Shown here: positions 1 to 8,947 of the stretch, piece by piece | Position numbering within the stretch: the stretch's first letter is position 1 | How the letters are laid out: each line of letters opens with the position of its first letter | Notes under the pieces: generated by a model | Seen by the model: only the letters and a program-made list of their open reading frames with translations | The model's database searches: none | What the model was told of the DNA's origin: nothing | Position numbers and translations under genes: made by a program | NCBI GenBank assembly: GCA_046733535.1 | Contig: JBKPPH010000055.1 | Span: forward strand, 285 to 64,284 | DNA: 64,000 nt | Source: Acidobacteriota bacterium | GTDB taxonomy: Bacteria > Acidobacteriota > Blastocatellia > Pyrinomonadales > Pyrinomonadaceae | Direction: 5' to 3'

Positions 1-189
1 CACGCGCGCCGATGTGATCGCCGGAACGAAGAACGCCAAGCAGAGCGCACTCACCCAAACCCAGTGGCGATATCGCGCGACAGAATTTCGCAAGAGCATC
101 GAGCTAAGAGCGGCGAGCGCCGCGATGAGTGCAATTTGCCAGCAGGCGTTCAAGAGAAAGGTCAACAGCAGTTGGCTACTCGTTCTCAT
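1..189 (-). CDS. BlaR1/MecR1-like M56 sensor-peptidase, N-terminal fragment (continues past left edge)
   Basis: Hand translation of the minus strand from ATG 189-187 gives MRTSSQLLLTFLLNACWQIALIAALAALSSMLLRNSVARYRHWVWVSALCLAFFVPAITSARV.. The hydrophobic N-terminus has an LR-x-SA-x-RY-x-x-W pattern typical of BlaR1 N-termini. It overlaps the stop of the BlaI-like gene by 14 nt (blaI-blaR1 operon layout), and AAGGAAG lies 6 nt upstream. It is not in the ORF track because no stop lies in the window. Confidence 0.55.
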   Translation of the reverse strand, partial: MRTSSQLLLTFLLNACWQIALIAALAALSSMLLRNSVARYRHWVWVSALCLAFFVPAITSARV

Positions 190-568
190 CGGCTTCTTCC
201 TTGACCTGTTCTACGAGCTTTTGCAAGCGCGCGAGTTTTTCCGGCGTGAGATGCTTGGTTTCGACGAGGCTCATCACGAGGCTTTCGGCCGAGCCACCGA
301 AAAGACGATCGACAACGTCTTTCACGTGCTTGCCGACGACTTGTTTGCGGCTGACCGCAGGCTTGTAAAAGTAAGCGCGATTCTTCAGCGTCCGTTTCGC
401 TTTACCTTTGCGCTCGAGAATGTTGAGCATGGTCTGGACGGTGGTATAAGCGAGATCGCGTTTGAGTTTTTGCTGCACGGTTTGCACGTTCGCGGGTCCG
501 GTTTCCCAGAGCACGTGCATGATCTCCAACTCGAGCGGCGTCAGGTTCTCCGTCTTCGGTCGCGCCAT
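176..568 (-). CDS. BlaI/MecI/CopY-family transcriptional repressor
   Basis: 130-aa ORF. The winged-helix N-terminus LTPLELEIMHVLWETGPANVQTVQQKL..AYTTVQTMLNILERKG is typical of the penicillinase-repressor family. A BlaR1-like gene follows on the same strand. Confidence 0.85.
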   Translation of the reverse strand: MARPKTENLTPLELEIMHVLWETGPANVQTVQQKLKRDLAYTTVQTMLNILERKGKAKRTLKNRAYFYKPAVSRKQVVGKHVKDVVDRLFGGSAESLVMSLVETKHLTPEKLARLQKLVEQVKEEADENE

Positions 569-574
569 CGTTGT

Positions 575-639
575 CTCCTAAGTTTTTAGGAGTATAGGCG
601 CGACCTAAAACCGTGTCAACTAATTTTTTAGGAGTCGCG
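575..639. promoter_or_regulatory. Candidate operator/promoter repeats in the blaI / TIR-gene divergent region
   Basis: Perfect inverted repeat CTCCTAA-GTTT-TTAGGAG (575-592), overlapping the blaI RBS. A second, imperfect inverted repeat CGCGACCTAAAA..TTTTAGGAGTCGCG lies at 599-639. The 11-mer TTTTTAGGAGT occurs twice (583-593, 625-635). Function is inferred from position only. Confidence 0.3.
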
Positions 640-757
640 GAACTGTTTGACAACGAGGCTCAGGCGGTTCTACTGTTTCGCTCTCAAAACAGGTCTGTTT
701 GGCCACGCACGCAGAAGGTTCCTTTCGCCACCATTTGTGCGGGTCCGGGATTTCCAT

Positions 758-2458
758 ATGCAACTAGCTGAGTTTCAAAACCAGGCCGACATTCCAGAGC
801 GGCCGTACTTCTATCTCAGTTATGCGCGAGCCGGTGCTGAAGAGACATCGAGGGTGCAGCAGTTTTTCGAAGATCTCTCAGACACAGTTCGCATCCGCGC
901 ACGACTTCCGCTTACGGCAAAGGTCGGCTGTTGCGACGCTTTTGAAGAAAATGCCGGGGATCGCGAAACAGGTGTACGAACAAGTTGCTTGATGATCGCG
1001 CTGCTCTCGCCCGCTTACTTCCAAGACGAAACGGCTGGAGGAGAATGGCAGATCTTTGAAATGCGAAAGGCAAAGGCGAGCTCCACCGATCAGAAAGCGC
1101 TTACACGTTCAATCGTTCCCATAACCTGGTCGCCTTATGCCGGTCCGCTGCCGTTCGTCGTCAGGCAAACGCCAGTTTTTGGTAAGAACGTGAATGGAGG
1201 TCACACACAGGAAACAGTCGGCAGCATGCTTCGATGGCGGGGAAAGAATAGGATGTATGCTGATTTTGTAAAAAGCCTGGCTGATTACATTGTTACTTCC
1301 ACAGCTTCTTTTCAGTTGCCTGAACTCGATGAAACCCCGGATGAAGTGCCGAACGCGTTCATAGATCGCGATGACTCAGGAGCGACTGCACACACCACTA
1401 ACACTCTGCCAAATCAAGAGGGCTATCAGACTCTAAACCAGAACGTAAACCAGAACCTTCTCATTATCGATGGGGCCTTTCTTAAAGGTTTCGTTGAACA
1501 GGTCAAACAAACTGCGCCCCGACCTGCTCCAACTCCCAAGGTAGAAGCATCCGGTGAAACCACCCAGTCGAGTAAAGCAGCCAAGGAAAAATATCTCGTC
1601 TTCGCAATCGACGATGACGCCGAATTGGGACAAATCGAAGCTACGGCCGGTTTCTCTCCTGAGTTCGAGGTAAAGGGTTACAAGGACTCTGACCAACTTC
1701 TAAACGACATCAGCAATCTTTTAGCTGACCGTCAGGAGCCCGATCTCGTGGTGCTGAATCCGGAAATAACTATGCCCAAAACGCACCGGTACAAATTGAT
1801 CGATGCGCTGCTGGACAAAGGAATTCCCTCGGCCATTTTGGCCACCTCTAAAGATCCTGACGCGGGACGCTCGTTGAAGTCCGCCGGCATTAACGACCTG
1901 GTTGGCATCCTGCCAAAACCTTTTACTTCGCTGGACTTGCTGCAGCGGATGAGACATTGGGCGAAAACAGGAAGAGATAAACGGTATCGAAGAGGAAGAT
2001 CAGATCAGCGACCTGTATTTCTGAGTTTTTCAACCCGGGATGAGGCGATGGCAAGCAAGCTCTGCAAATGGCTTGAGCTTCGCGAGATCGGAGTTTGGTA
2101 CTCCATGCAGTCTTTGGAGCCGGGAGATCCGTGGATTGACAAAATAACTCAGGGTCTCGTTAACGCCGAAGTTTTCATTGCCTTGATCTCCAATCATTAT
2201 TCTGAGTCTAAGTTTTGCCAGGCAGAACTCGGGATCACACTTGATCGACTGCCCGCAGCGTCGAATAACCTTCGTGTGATTCCAGTTCTTTACAACTCTC
2301 CCACTACTGCTCTCGACGATCCACAAATCAAGAAGGTTATGAACCAACAGGCAGTAAAAATTTCCGATATGGAATGGCTGCCGGGACTTCAAGACATGCT
2401 GCTGAGTGTTCAGAACTTTTTAAAGCGACATCATTCTGAACCTTCCTCCGCGTTGTGA
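758..2458 (+). CDS. Three-module protein: TIR-like (FxsC-type) domain, Asp-less receiver (pseudo-REC), canonical TIR domain
   Basis: The ORF track gives 647..2458 from a TTG; the first ATG is at 758. The N-terminus reads PYFYLSYARAG (TIR-like beta-A). The middle reads YLVFAIDDD..DLVVLN..AILATSKD..ILPKPF, a CheY-like fold with Asn at the acceptor position. The C-terminus reads RPVFLSFSTRDE..VFIALISNHYSESKFCQAELG (TIR). Confidence 0.8.
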   Translation: MQLAEFQNQADIPERPYFYLSYARAGAEETSRVQQFFEDLSDTVRIRARLPLTAKVGCCDAFEENAGDRETGVRTSCLMIALLSPAYFQDETAGGEWQIFEMRKAKASSTDQKALTRSIVPITWSPYAGPLPFVVRQTPVFGKNVNGGHTQETVGSMLRWRGKNRMYADFVKSLADYIVTSTASFQLPELDETPDEVPNAFIDRDDSGATAHTTNTLPNQEGYQTLNQNVNQNLLIIDGAFLKGFVEQVKQTAPRPAPTPKVEASGETTQSSKAAKEKYLVFAIDDDAELGQIEATAGFSPEFEVKGYKDSDQLLNDISNLLADRQEPDLVVLNPEITMPKTHRYKLIDALLDKGIPSAILATSKDPDAGRSLKSAGINDLVGILPKPFTSLDLLQRMRHWAKTGRDKRYRRGRSDQRPVFLSFSTRDEAMASKLCKWLELREIGVWYSMQSLEPGDPWIDKITQGLVNAEVFIALISNHYSESKFCQAELGITLDRLPAASNNLRVIPVLYNSPTTALDDPQIKKVMNQQAVKISDMEWLPGLQDMLLSVQNFLKRHHSEPSSAL

Positions 2459-2913
2459 AGAAGACGCTCATCCACACACTCATCTACGGCCTATGCGGCG
2501 GGATTCTGATCGTCGGGCTCAAGCTGATCGAGTTTCGCTTCCTCGTCCAACAGCACTCAATCGAGATCTATGGCGGGCTCATCGCCGCCCTCTTCGCCGC
2601 TCTCGGCATCTGGCTTGGCTTGAAGTTGACGAAAAATAAGGAAGTCGTAGTGGTGAAGGAAGTGCCCGTGCCAGCCGCCACACCACCTTTCGCGTTAAAT
2701 GAGGAGCGCCTCAAAGATCTCGGCATCACCAAACGCGAGCTCGAAATCCTCGAGCTGATCGCACAGGGCCTCAGCAACCGTGAAATCGCGGACAAACTCT
2801 TCGTCAGCGAAAACACTGTCAAGACCCACTCAAGCCGTCTCTTCGATAAACTCCGTGCGCGCCGCCGCACTCAAGCCGTACAGATCGGAAAAGAGATGGG
2901 ACTGATTCCTTAA
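2455..2913 (+). CDS. Membrane-anchored LuxR/FixJ-type HTH regulator (2 TM helices + HTH)
   Basis: Two N-terminal hydrophobic helices, then LTKRELEILELIAQGLSNREIADKLFVSENTVKTHSSRLFDKL (LuxR-type HTH). The GTG start overlaps the upstream stop (GTGA, 2455-2458). Confidence 0.8.
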   Translation: MKKTLIHTLIYGLCGGILIVGLKLIEFRFLVQQHSIEIYGGLIAALFAALGIWLGLKLTKNKEVVVVKEVPVPAATPPFALNEERLKDLGITKRELEILELIAQGLSNREIADKLFVSENTVKTHSSRLFDKLRARRRTQAVQIGKEMGLIP

Positions 2914-3042
2914 CTCAAAAGTATGATTTATCGCGGCAACTGCGAAATCACCCGAAAGTATGACGACAACCCCAGCGCACAACAGTAAATTGCGCCGCGA
3001 GTTTCAAGTTCACCACTACAAAATCGATAAGGAGACGTTCTT

Positions 3043-3600
3043 ATGAAAAGAGTCGTTTTGACGTTCGGTTTGATCTCCGGCGCGATCCTGTCCGCGATGA
3101 TGAGCCTCAACGTCGCTTTCATCGAAAACATCGGGTTCGACAAAGGGGTGGTCATCGGCTACACCACGATGGTGCTGGCGTTTCTACTCGTGTTCTTTGG
3201 AATTCGATCTTATCGCGACACAGTCGGCGGAGGACGTATCAGTTTTCTCAGAGCACTCAGTATCGGGCTGTTGATAGTGGCGATTGCCGGCGTCGTGTAC
3301 GTCGTAACGTGGGAAATTCTCTATTTCAACTTCATGCCTGATTTCATTGAGAAATACACGGCTTACGCGACCCAGGAGCTGCGTAACTCGGGTAAGCCGC
3401 CCGCTCAGATCGAGCAGGAACTCCAGGAGATGAACAGAATGATGACTCTCTACAGAAACAATATCTTCGTGAATCTGGCGTTTACATTTCTCGAGCCGCT
3501 GCCGGTCGGCGTCATCATGACGTTAATTTCCGCTCTCATACTCCGCCGGCGTGAACCGAAAGAGCGCCTGGCGACAGGATTACCGGATTTACAGAATTGA
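3043..3600 (+). CDS. DUF4199-like integral membrane protein
   Basis: AAGGAG RBS at 3029-3034. Four hydrophobic segments with the pattern GLISGAILSAMM..GYTTMVLAFLLVFFGIRSYRD..GG.ISF, recalled from DUF4199 proteins. The family call is from memory only. Confidence 0.55.
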   Translation: MKRVVLTFGLISGAILSAMMSLNVAFIENIGFDKGVVIGYTTMVLAFLLVFFGIRSYRDTVGGGRISFLRALSIGLLIVAIAGVVYVVTWEILYFNFMPDFIEKYTAYATQELRNSGKPPAQIEQELQEMNRMMTLYRNNIFVNLAFTFLEPLPVGVIMTLISALILRRREPKERLATGLPDLQN

Positions 3601-3655
3601 CAGGATCAAGTAAAAATCCTGTCTATCTTGCGAATCCTGTAATCCTGTCAAAAAC

Positions 3656-6600
3656 ATGATGATCAACTCCGCGCTGCGTTTCCTGCTCTGCCTGCTGTTT
3701 CTCAGTTCAATCGTTCACGGCCAACCGGCGGATTTCTCCCCCGCGCTGAAGTGGCGGATGATCGGGCCATTTCGCGGCGGACGCACGGTCGGCGCGACCG
3801 GCGTTCCGGGACAACCAAACGTCTTTTATATAGGAGTCAACAACGGCGGCGTTTGGAAAACCACCGACTTCGGACACACGTGGAAACCCATCTTTGACGA
3901 TCAGCCAACGGGTTCGATCGGCGCGCTTGCGATTGCGCCGTCGAACCCCGAAACGATTTACGTCGGCAGCGGCGAGGGACTCCAGCGGCCCGACCTTTCC
4001 ACCGGCGACGGCATTTACAAATCGACTGACGGCGGCAAGACATGGCGACACCTCGGACTGCGCAACGCGCAACAGATCGGCGCGATACTCGTTGATCCGC
4101 GGGATCCGAATCGCGTTTACGTCGCGGCGTTGGGACATCCATACGGCCCCAACGAGGAACGCGGAATCTTTCGCTCGACCGACGGCGGCGAGACGTGGCA
4201 GAAAGTCTTATATAAGGACGAGAACACTGGCGCCATCGCACTCGTGTTCGATCCGAGCAATGCAAAAGTCATCTACGCGGATTTGTGGTCGGCGCGGCAA
4301 GGTCCGTGGGAAAACGGCGCGTGGCAAGGACCAGGCAGCGGACTTTACAAGACAACGGACGGCGGCGATACGTGGCACCAGTTGACGAAAGGTTTGCCGA
4401 CGTTCGAGCAAGGTCTCGGCCGCATCGGTATCGCAGTCGCTCCGAGTGATCCAAACACCGTTTACGCGACAGTCGATGCGCCACAGCTCGGAGGCATTTA
4501 TCGCTCTGACGACGCAGGGGAGAATTGGCGACGCGTCGGCACCGACAGACGCGCGTGGGCACGCGGCAGTGACTTCGCCGAGATCGACGTCGATCCTCGC
4601 AACAAGGAACTCGTCTACACTTCGTCGATAGCCGTTTATCGTTCAACTGACGGCGGCAAAACGTTCACTGCGTTCAAAGGTGCGCCGGGCGGCGACGATT
4701 ACCACACCCTCTGGATCAATCCTGACACTCCGCAGATCATGTTGCTCGCCAGTGACCAGGGCGCGGTCGTCAGCGTCAACGGTGGCGAAACGTGGAGCTC
4801 GTGGTACAACCAACCGACCGCGCAGTTCTACCACGTCATTACCGACAATGAATTTCCGTACTGGGTTTACGGCGGACAGCAGGAGAGCGGCTCCGCGGGC
4901 GTGAAGAGTCGCGGCGATAATGGCGCGATTACGTTCCGCGACTGGCGCACCGTCGGCGTTGAAGAGTACGGCTACGTCGCGCCCGATCCACTTCACCCGA
5001 ACCTGATCTACGGCGGCAAGGCGACGCGCTTCGACATGACCACGGGCGAGGTGCAAAACGTCGCGCCTGAAATTCTGCGCAGTGGCAAGTACAGATTTCT
5101 TCGCACCGCGCCGATTCTCTTCTCGCCTGTCGATCCGCGTGTGCTTTACCTTGCGGGTAACGTGTTGTTCAAGACGACGAATGGCGGTTCGAGTTGGGAA
5201 GTTATCAGTCCCGATCTTTCACGCGAGAAGCCTGACGTGCCGGAGAGCATCGGCGTCTTTCGTCGGCCCGAGATGGCGACGCAACCACGACGCGGTGTGA
5301 TCTACGCCGTTGCGCCGTCGCCGAAAGATGTGAATGTGATCTGGGCGGGCACAGACGATGGGCTAATTCATGTCACGCGAGACGGCGGCAAAACGTGGAA
5401 GAACGTGACACCTCCGGCAATCACTTCGTGGAGCAAGATCTCTCAGATCGACGCCAGCCACTCCGATCTCAACACCGCTTACGTCGCGGTAAACCGGATC
5501 AGGCTCGACGATCAGAAACCGCACATCTATCGCACCACCGACGGCGGCACAACGTGGAAAGAGATTGTCAGCGGATTGCCGGATGGTCCAGTCAACACGG
5601 TGAAGGAAGATCCCCAACGTCGAGGATTGTTGTTTGCCGGAACTGAGCTCGCCGTCTTCGTGTCTTTCGACAACGGCGATAGGTGGCAGCCGCTGCGTCT
5701 GAACATGCCGGCCACGTCGATTCGCGATCTCGTGATTCACAACGACGACGTCGTCGTCGGCACGCACGGGCGCTCGTTCTGGATCCTCGACGACATCACA
5801 CCGCTCAGGCAGTACAACTCTGCCCTGCGCGATGCGGACGTTCACCTGTTCGCTCCGCAACTGGCTTATCGTGTTCAGCGCAACGTCAACACCGATACGC
5901 CGCTCCCGCCGGAAGAGCCCGCGGGACAAAATCCACCCGACGGCGCGATCATCAACTATTATTTGCGTCGAGATGCGACGACGCCAGTCACGCTCGAGAT
6001 CTTCGATAGTAAGAACCAACTCGTACGCCGTTATTCAAGCGACGACAAACCGGAACCGGTGAACCCAACCGATTACGCTGTGCCGGAATACTGGTTTCGC
6101 CCGCCTCAGATGCTCGAAACGAAGGCAGGAATGCAACGCTTTATTTGGGACTTGAAATACGCGGCGCCCGCAGCTTACGGACATGGCTTTCCGATATCAG
6201 CCATCTATCGCGACACGCCCCTCTACCCGCTTGGTCCCGCAGTGTTGCCGGGCACATACACCGTGAAGCTGACGGCAAATGGCGCCTCGCGTTCAGAACC
6301 GCTGACCGTGAAGATGGACCCGCGCTTGAAGACGCCGCTCGTCGATCTAACACGACAGTTCACGCTTTCGATCGAGGCGTATCAAGGAATGAACCAAACG
6401 TTCGCGACGGTGGACCAGATCAAAAAACTTCGCGCTCAGATAAAGACTGCGATCGAGCGCGTCGATCGAGGACCACTTGCAGAGGCGCTGAATACGCTCG
6501 ATAAGAAAGCGGCCGCGATCGGCGGCGAGGGACGTGGCGAAGCGGGCTCACCCGGACTGCCCGGTGGAACAATCGACCTGCGTGAGCCGAACCTAACGCG

Positions 6601-6802
6601 TTTGAACGGAGGCTTCTCGTCGTTACTCGAACATCTGCAAAGCGCAGATCTCGCGCCGACAGAGCCGATGGTTACTGCCGCAACTGAGTTGCAAAAAACA
6701 CTGGCGAGACTGATGGCCGACTGGAACGGGTTGAAGACGAAAGACGTCGCCGCAATCAATGAACAACTGCGCGCGGCAAATCAGCCTTTGCTGAACCCGT
6801 GA
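3656..6802 (+). CDS. Secreted BNR/Asp-box repeat protein (sortilin/VPS10-like beta-propellers)
   Basis: Signal peptide, then about ten S/T-x-D-G-G-x-T-W Asp-boxes (STDGGKTW, STDGGETW, TTDGGDTW, TRDGGKTW, TTDGGTTW and others). Confidence 0.85.
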   Translation: MMINSALRFLLCLLFLSSIVHGQPADFSPALKWRMIGPFRGGRTVGATGVPGQPNVFYIGVNNGGVWKTTDFGHTWKPIFDDQPTGSIGALAIAPSNPETIYVGSGEGLQRPDLSTGDGIYKSTDGGKTWRHLGLRNAQQIGAILVDPRDPNRVYVAALGHPYGPNEERGIFRSTDGGETWQKVLYKDENTGAIALVFDPSNAKVIYADLWSARQGPWENGAWQGPGSGLYKTTDGGDTWHQLTKGLPTFEQGLGRIGIAVAPSDPNTVYATVDAPQLGGIYRSDDAGENWRRVGTDRRAWARGSDFAEIDVDPRNKELVYTSSIAVYRSTDGGKTFTAFKGAPGGDDYHTLWINPDTPQIMLLASDQGAVVSVNGGETWSSWYNQPTAQFYHVITDNEFPYWVYGGQQESGSAGVKSRGDNGAITFRDWRTVGVEEYGYVAPDPLHPNLIYGGKATRFDMTTGEVQNVAPEILRSGKYRFLRTAPILFSPVDPRVLYLAGNVLFKTTNGGSSWEVISPDLSREKPDVPESIGVFRRPEMATQPRRGVIYAVAPSPKDVNVIWAGTDDGLIHVTRDGGKTWKNVTPPAITSWSKISQIDASHSDLNTAYVAVNRIRLDDQKPHIYRTTDGGTTWKEIVSGLPDGPVNTVKEDPQRRGLLFAGTELAVFVSFDNGDRWQPLRLNMPATSIRDLVIHNDDVVVGTHGRSFWILDDITPLRQYNSALRDADVHLFAPQLAYRVQRNVNTDTPLPPEEPAGQNPPDGAIINYYLRRDATTPVTLEIFDSKNQLVRRYSSDDKPEPVNPTDYAVPEYWFRPPQMLETKAGMQRFIWDLKYAAPAAYGHGFPISAIYRDTPLYPLGPAVLPGTYTVKLTANGASRSEPLTVKMDPRLKTPLVDLTRQFTLSIEAYQGMNQTFATVDQIKKLRAQIKTAIERVDRGPLAEALNTLDKKAAAIGGEGRGEAGSPGLPGGTIDLREPNLTRLNGGFSSLLEHLQSADLAPTEPMVTAATELQKTLARLMADWNGLKTKDVAAINEQLRAANQPLLNP

Positions 6803-7227
6803 TGCCCGGTGCAAATCCAATCATGTTCTACGACGGCGTGTGCGGGCTGTGCAATCGGCTGGTCCAATTTTTACTGAAGCACGATGAGCGTGGGCGCTTG
6901 CGTTTTGCGTCTTTGCAGAGCGACTTCGCGAAGAAGGTGTTGGGCCGGCATGGTATAGATCCGACGGACCTGGACACCGTTAACGTCGTGGTCAATTATG
7001 ACGAGCCGGATGAGCGAGTGCTGCAAAGGTCTGATGCGGTCCTTCGAGCAGGACGCGAGCTAGGTGGTTTTTGGGGCACGTCTTCGTCGATCGCCGGAGT
7101 CGTACCGCATGCGCTTCGCGATCTGGCCTACCGCTTCGTCGCTCAAAATCGATATCGCGTGTTTGGAAAATACGACACCTGCATGCTGCCCGATCCGAAT
7201 CAGAGGAGTAGATTCCTTGATATTTAA
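6802..7227 (+). CDS. DCC-family thiol-disulfide oxidoreductase (DUF393)
   Basis: N-terminal FYDGVCGLCNRLVQFLLKHD motif (C-x-x-C). ATG 6802 overlaps the upstream TGA (6800-6802). Confidence 0.8.
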   Translation: MPGANPIMFYDGVCGLCNRLVQFLLKHDERGRLRFASLQSDFAKKVLGRHGIDPTDLDTVNVVVNYDEPDERVLQRSDAVLRAGRELGGFWGTSSSIAGVVPHALRDLAYRFVAQNRYRVFGKYDTCMLPDPNQRSRFLDI

Positions 7228-8902
7228 ATCCGCCTTCATCTGCGTTTTTCTGTGGTCGATGGTTTTGATGCCGTTGCCGCAATCACCGCAATACGATCTC
7301 CTGATCAGAAACGGGCGCATCGTCGACGGCTCCGGACGCGCCGCCTACATCGCCGACGTCGCAATCAAAGGCGATCGCATCGTCCGCATCGGCAAACTCG
7401 CGCAAGCAACAGCTTCACGAACGATCGACGCGCAAGGTCTCGTCGTCGCACCTGGCTTCATCGACATGCTGGGCCAGTCTGAAACCTACCTGCTGATCGA
7501 TCCGCGTGCGATGAGCAAAGTGATGATGGGCGTCACGACCGAGATCACCGGCGAAGGCGAGTCGATCGCGCCGATCAACGAGCGCCAGATCAAGGAGCAG
7601 GCTGACTTCCTGCGCCGCTTCAATCTCACGATCGATTGGCGCACGCTCGACGAATACTTCAAACGCCTCGAGAAGCAAGGATCAGGCGTGAATCTCGGCA
7701 CGTTTGTCGGCGCGACTCAGGTTCGCGAACACGTCATCGGTTACGACGACCGACCACCGACTCCTGCGGAGTTGGAGCAGATGAAGAAACTCGTGGCCGA
7801 TGCGATGCGCGAAGGCGCGCTCGGACTTTCTACTTCGCTCCAATACGTGCCGGCACGTTTTGCTGACACTAAAGAATTGGTCGAGCTTGCAAAGGTGGCG
7901 CGCCAGTACGGCGGCATCTACGCAACTCATCAACGCAGTGAAGCAAACAGGATCGACGCGTCGTTGGACGAAGTCTTCGAGATCGCGCGGAAGGCGCAGA
8001 TACCGGTTGAGATCTGGCACCTGAAGACCGCGTACAAGAAGAACTGGGGCCGCATGTCGCACGTGCTCTCGCGCATCAAGCAGGCGCGCGCGCAAGGCCT
8101 CGATGTTACAGCAGACATTTATCCTTACATCGCGGGCAGCACGTCCCTCAGCGCGTGTTTGCCGCCCTGGGCGCTCGAAGGTGGCGTCGAAAAGATGCTC
8201 GAGCGTCTGCGCGATCCGGCGACGCGGCAACGTTTGAAGAAAGAGATCTCGGAGGACCAGCAGGAGTGGGAAAATATCTATCTCGGAAGCGATGGACCGG
8301 GAGGAGTCTTGATCAGCGCGGTTGTCAATCGCGAGTTGGAGCCGTTGCAAGGCAAACGTGTTTCAGAGATTGCAGCGGAACAGAAAAAAGATCCGCTCGA
8401 TGCACTGTTTGATCTGCTGCTGGCTGACAACGGCCAGACGAGCGCGATCTATTTCATGATGAGCGAAGCCGACATGCGCGCCGCGATGCAGGCGCCGTTC
8501 GTCAGCTTTTGCACTGACAGTGGCGCCCGAGCGACAGATGGCCCACTCGCCGGATCGAAATCACACCCGCGTGGCTGGGGAAGTTATCCGCGCATTCTTG
8601 GTCACTATGTGCGTGACGAAAAAATCCTGTCCCTCGAAGCTGCGATTCACAAGATGACCGGAGGCCCTGCTGCGCGCGTCGGCTTACGCGATCGCGGTTT
8701 GATTCGTGAAGGAATGTTCGCCGACATCACGATTTTCGATCCCGCGAAGGTGATCGATCGCGCCACCTTCGAGTCGCCCAATCAATACCCAACCGGCATC
8801 GAATACGTGCTGGTAAACGGGCAAGTCAGCGTCGATAAAGCGCAGCGCACGAGCGCTCTCGCGGGGCGCGTGCTGCGTGGCCCGGGTTCAGGCCGCAGAT
8901 AA
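7217..8902 (+). CDS. N-acyl-D-amino-acid deacylase (D-aminoacylase) family amidohydrolase
   Basis: YDLLIRNGRIVDGSG..VAIKGDRIVRIG..VVAPGFIDM.. and the C-terminal ADITIFDP..VLVNG are typical of the family. The likely start is TTG 7217 (GGAG at 7204-7207, signal-like N-terminus) or ATG 7259. The track's 7064 start overlaps the upstream gene. Confidence 0.8.
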   Translation: MIFKSAFICVFLWSMVLMPLPQSPQYDLLIRNGRIVDGSGRAAYIADVAIKGDRIVRIGKLAQATASRTIDAQGLVVAPGFIDMLGQSETYLLIDPRAMSKVMMGVTTEITGEGESIAPINERQIKEQADFLRRFNLTIDWRTLDEYFKRLEKQGSGVNLGTFVGATQVREHVIGYDDRPPTPAELEQMKKLVADAMREGALGLSTSLQYVPARFADTKELVELAKVARQYGGIYATHQRSEANRIDASLDEVFEIARKAQIPVEIWHLKTAYKKNWGRMSHVLSRIKQARAQGLDVTADIYPYIAGSTSLSACLPPWALEGGVEKMLERLRDPATRQRLKKEISEDQQEWENIYLGSDGPGGVLISAVVNRELEPLQGKRVSEIAAEQKKDPLDALFDLLLADNGQTSAIYFMMSEADMRAAMQAPFVSFCTDSGARATDGPLAGSKSHPRGWGSYPRILGHYVRDEKILSLEAAIHKMTGGPAARVGLRDRGLIREGMFADITIFDPAKVIDRATFESPNQYPTGIEYVLVNGQVSVDKAQRTSALAGRVLRGPGSGRR

Positions 8903-8942
8903 ACGCAGATTAACGCAGATTAGATCTGCGTGAATCTGCGGC
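8892..8942. repeat. CRCRGAT 10-nt-periodic palindromic element (family 1)
   Basis: GCCGCAGAT-AA-ACGCAGAT-TA-ACGCAGAT TAG ATCTGCGT-GA-ATCTGCGGC. It contains the TAA stop (8900-8902) of the upstream gene. Confidence 0.85.
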
Positions 8943-8947
8943 TTAAG

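Noticed and set aside
14-589. 191-aa plus-strand ORF
   Set aside because: It is antisense to the BlaI-like and BlaR1-like genes, which have clear family signatures.
647-757. TTG 647 start for the TIR protein
   Set aside because: The extra 37 residues are basic and hydrophobic with no motif, and they overlap the putative operator/promoter region. The first ATG (758) precedes the TIR-like domain by only about 12 residues.
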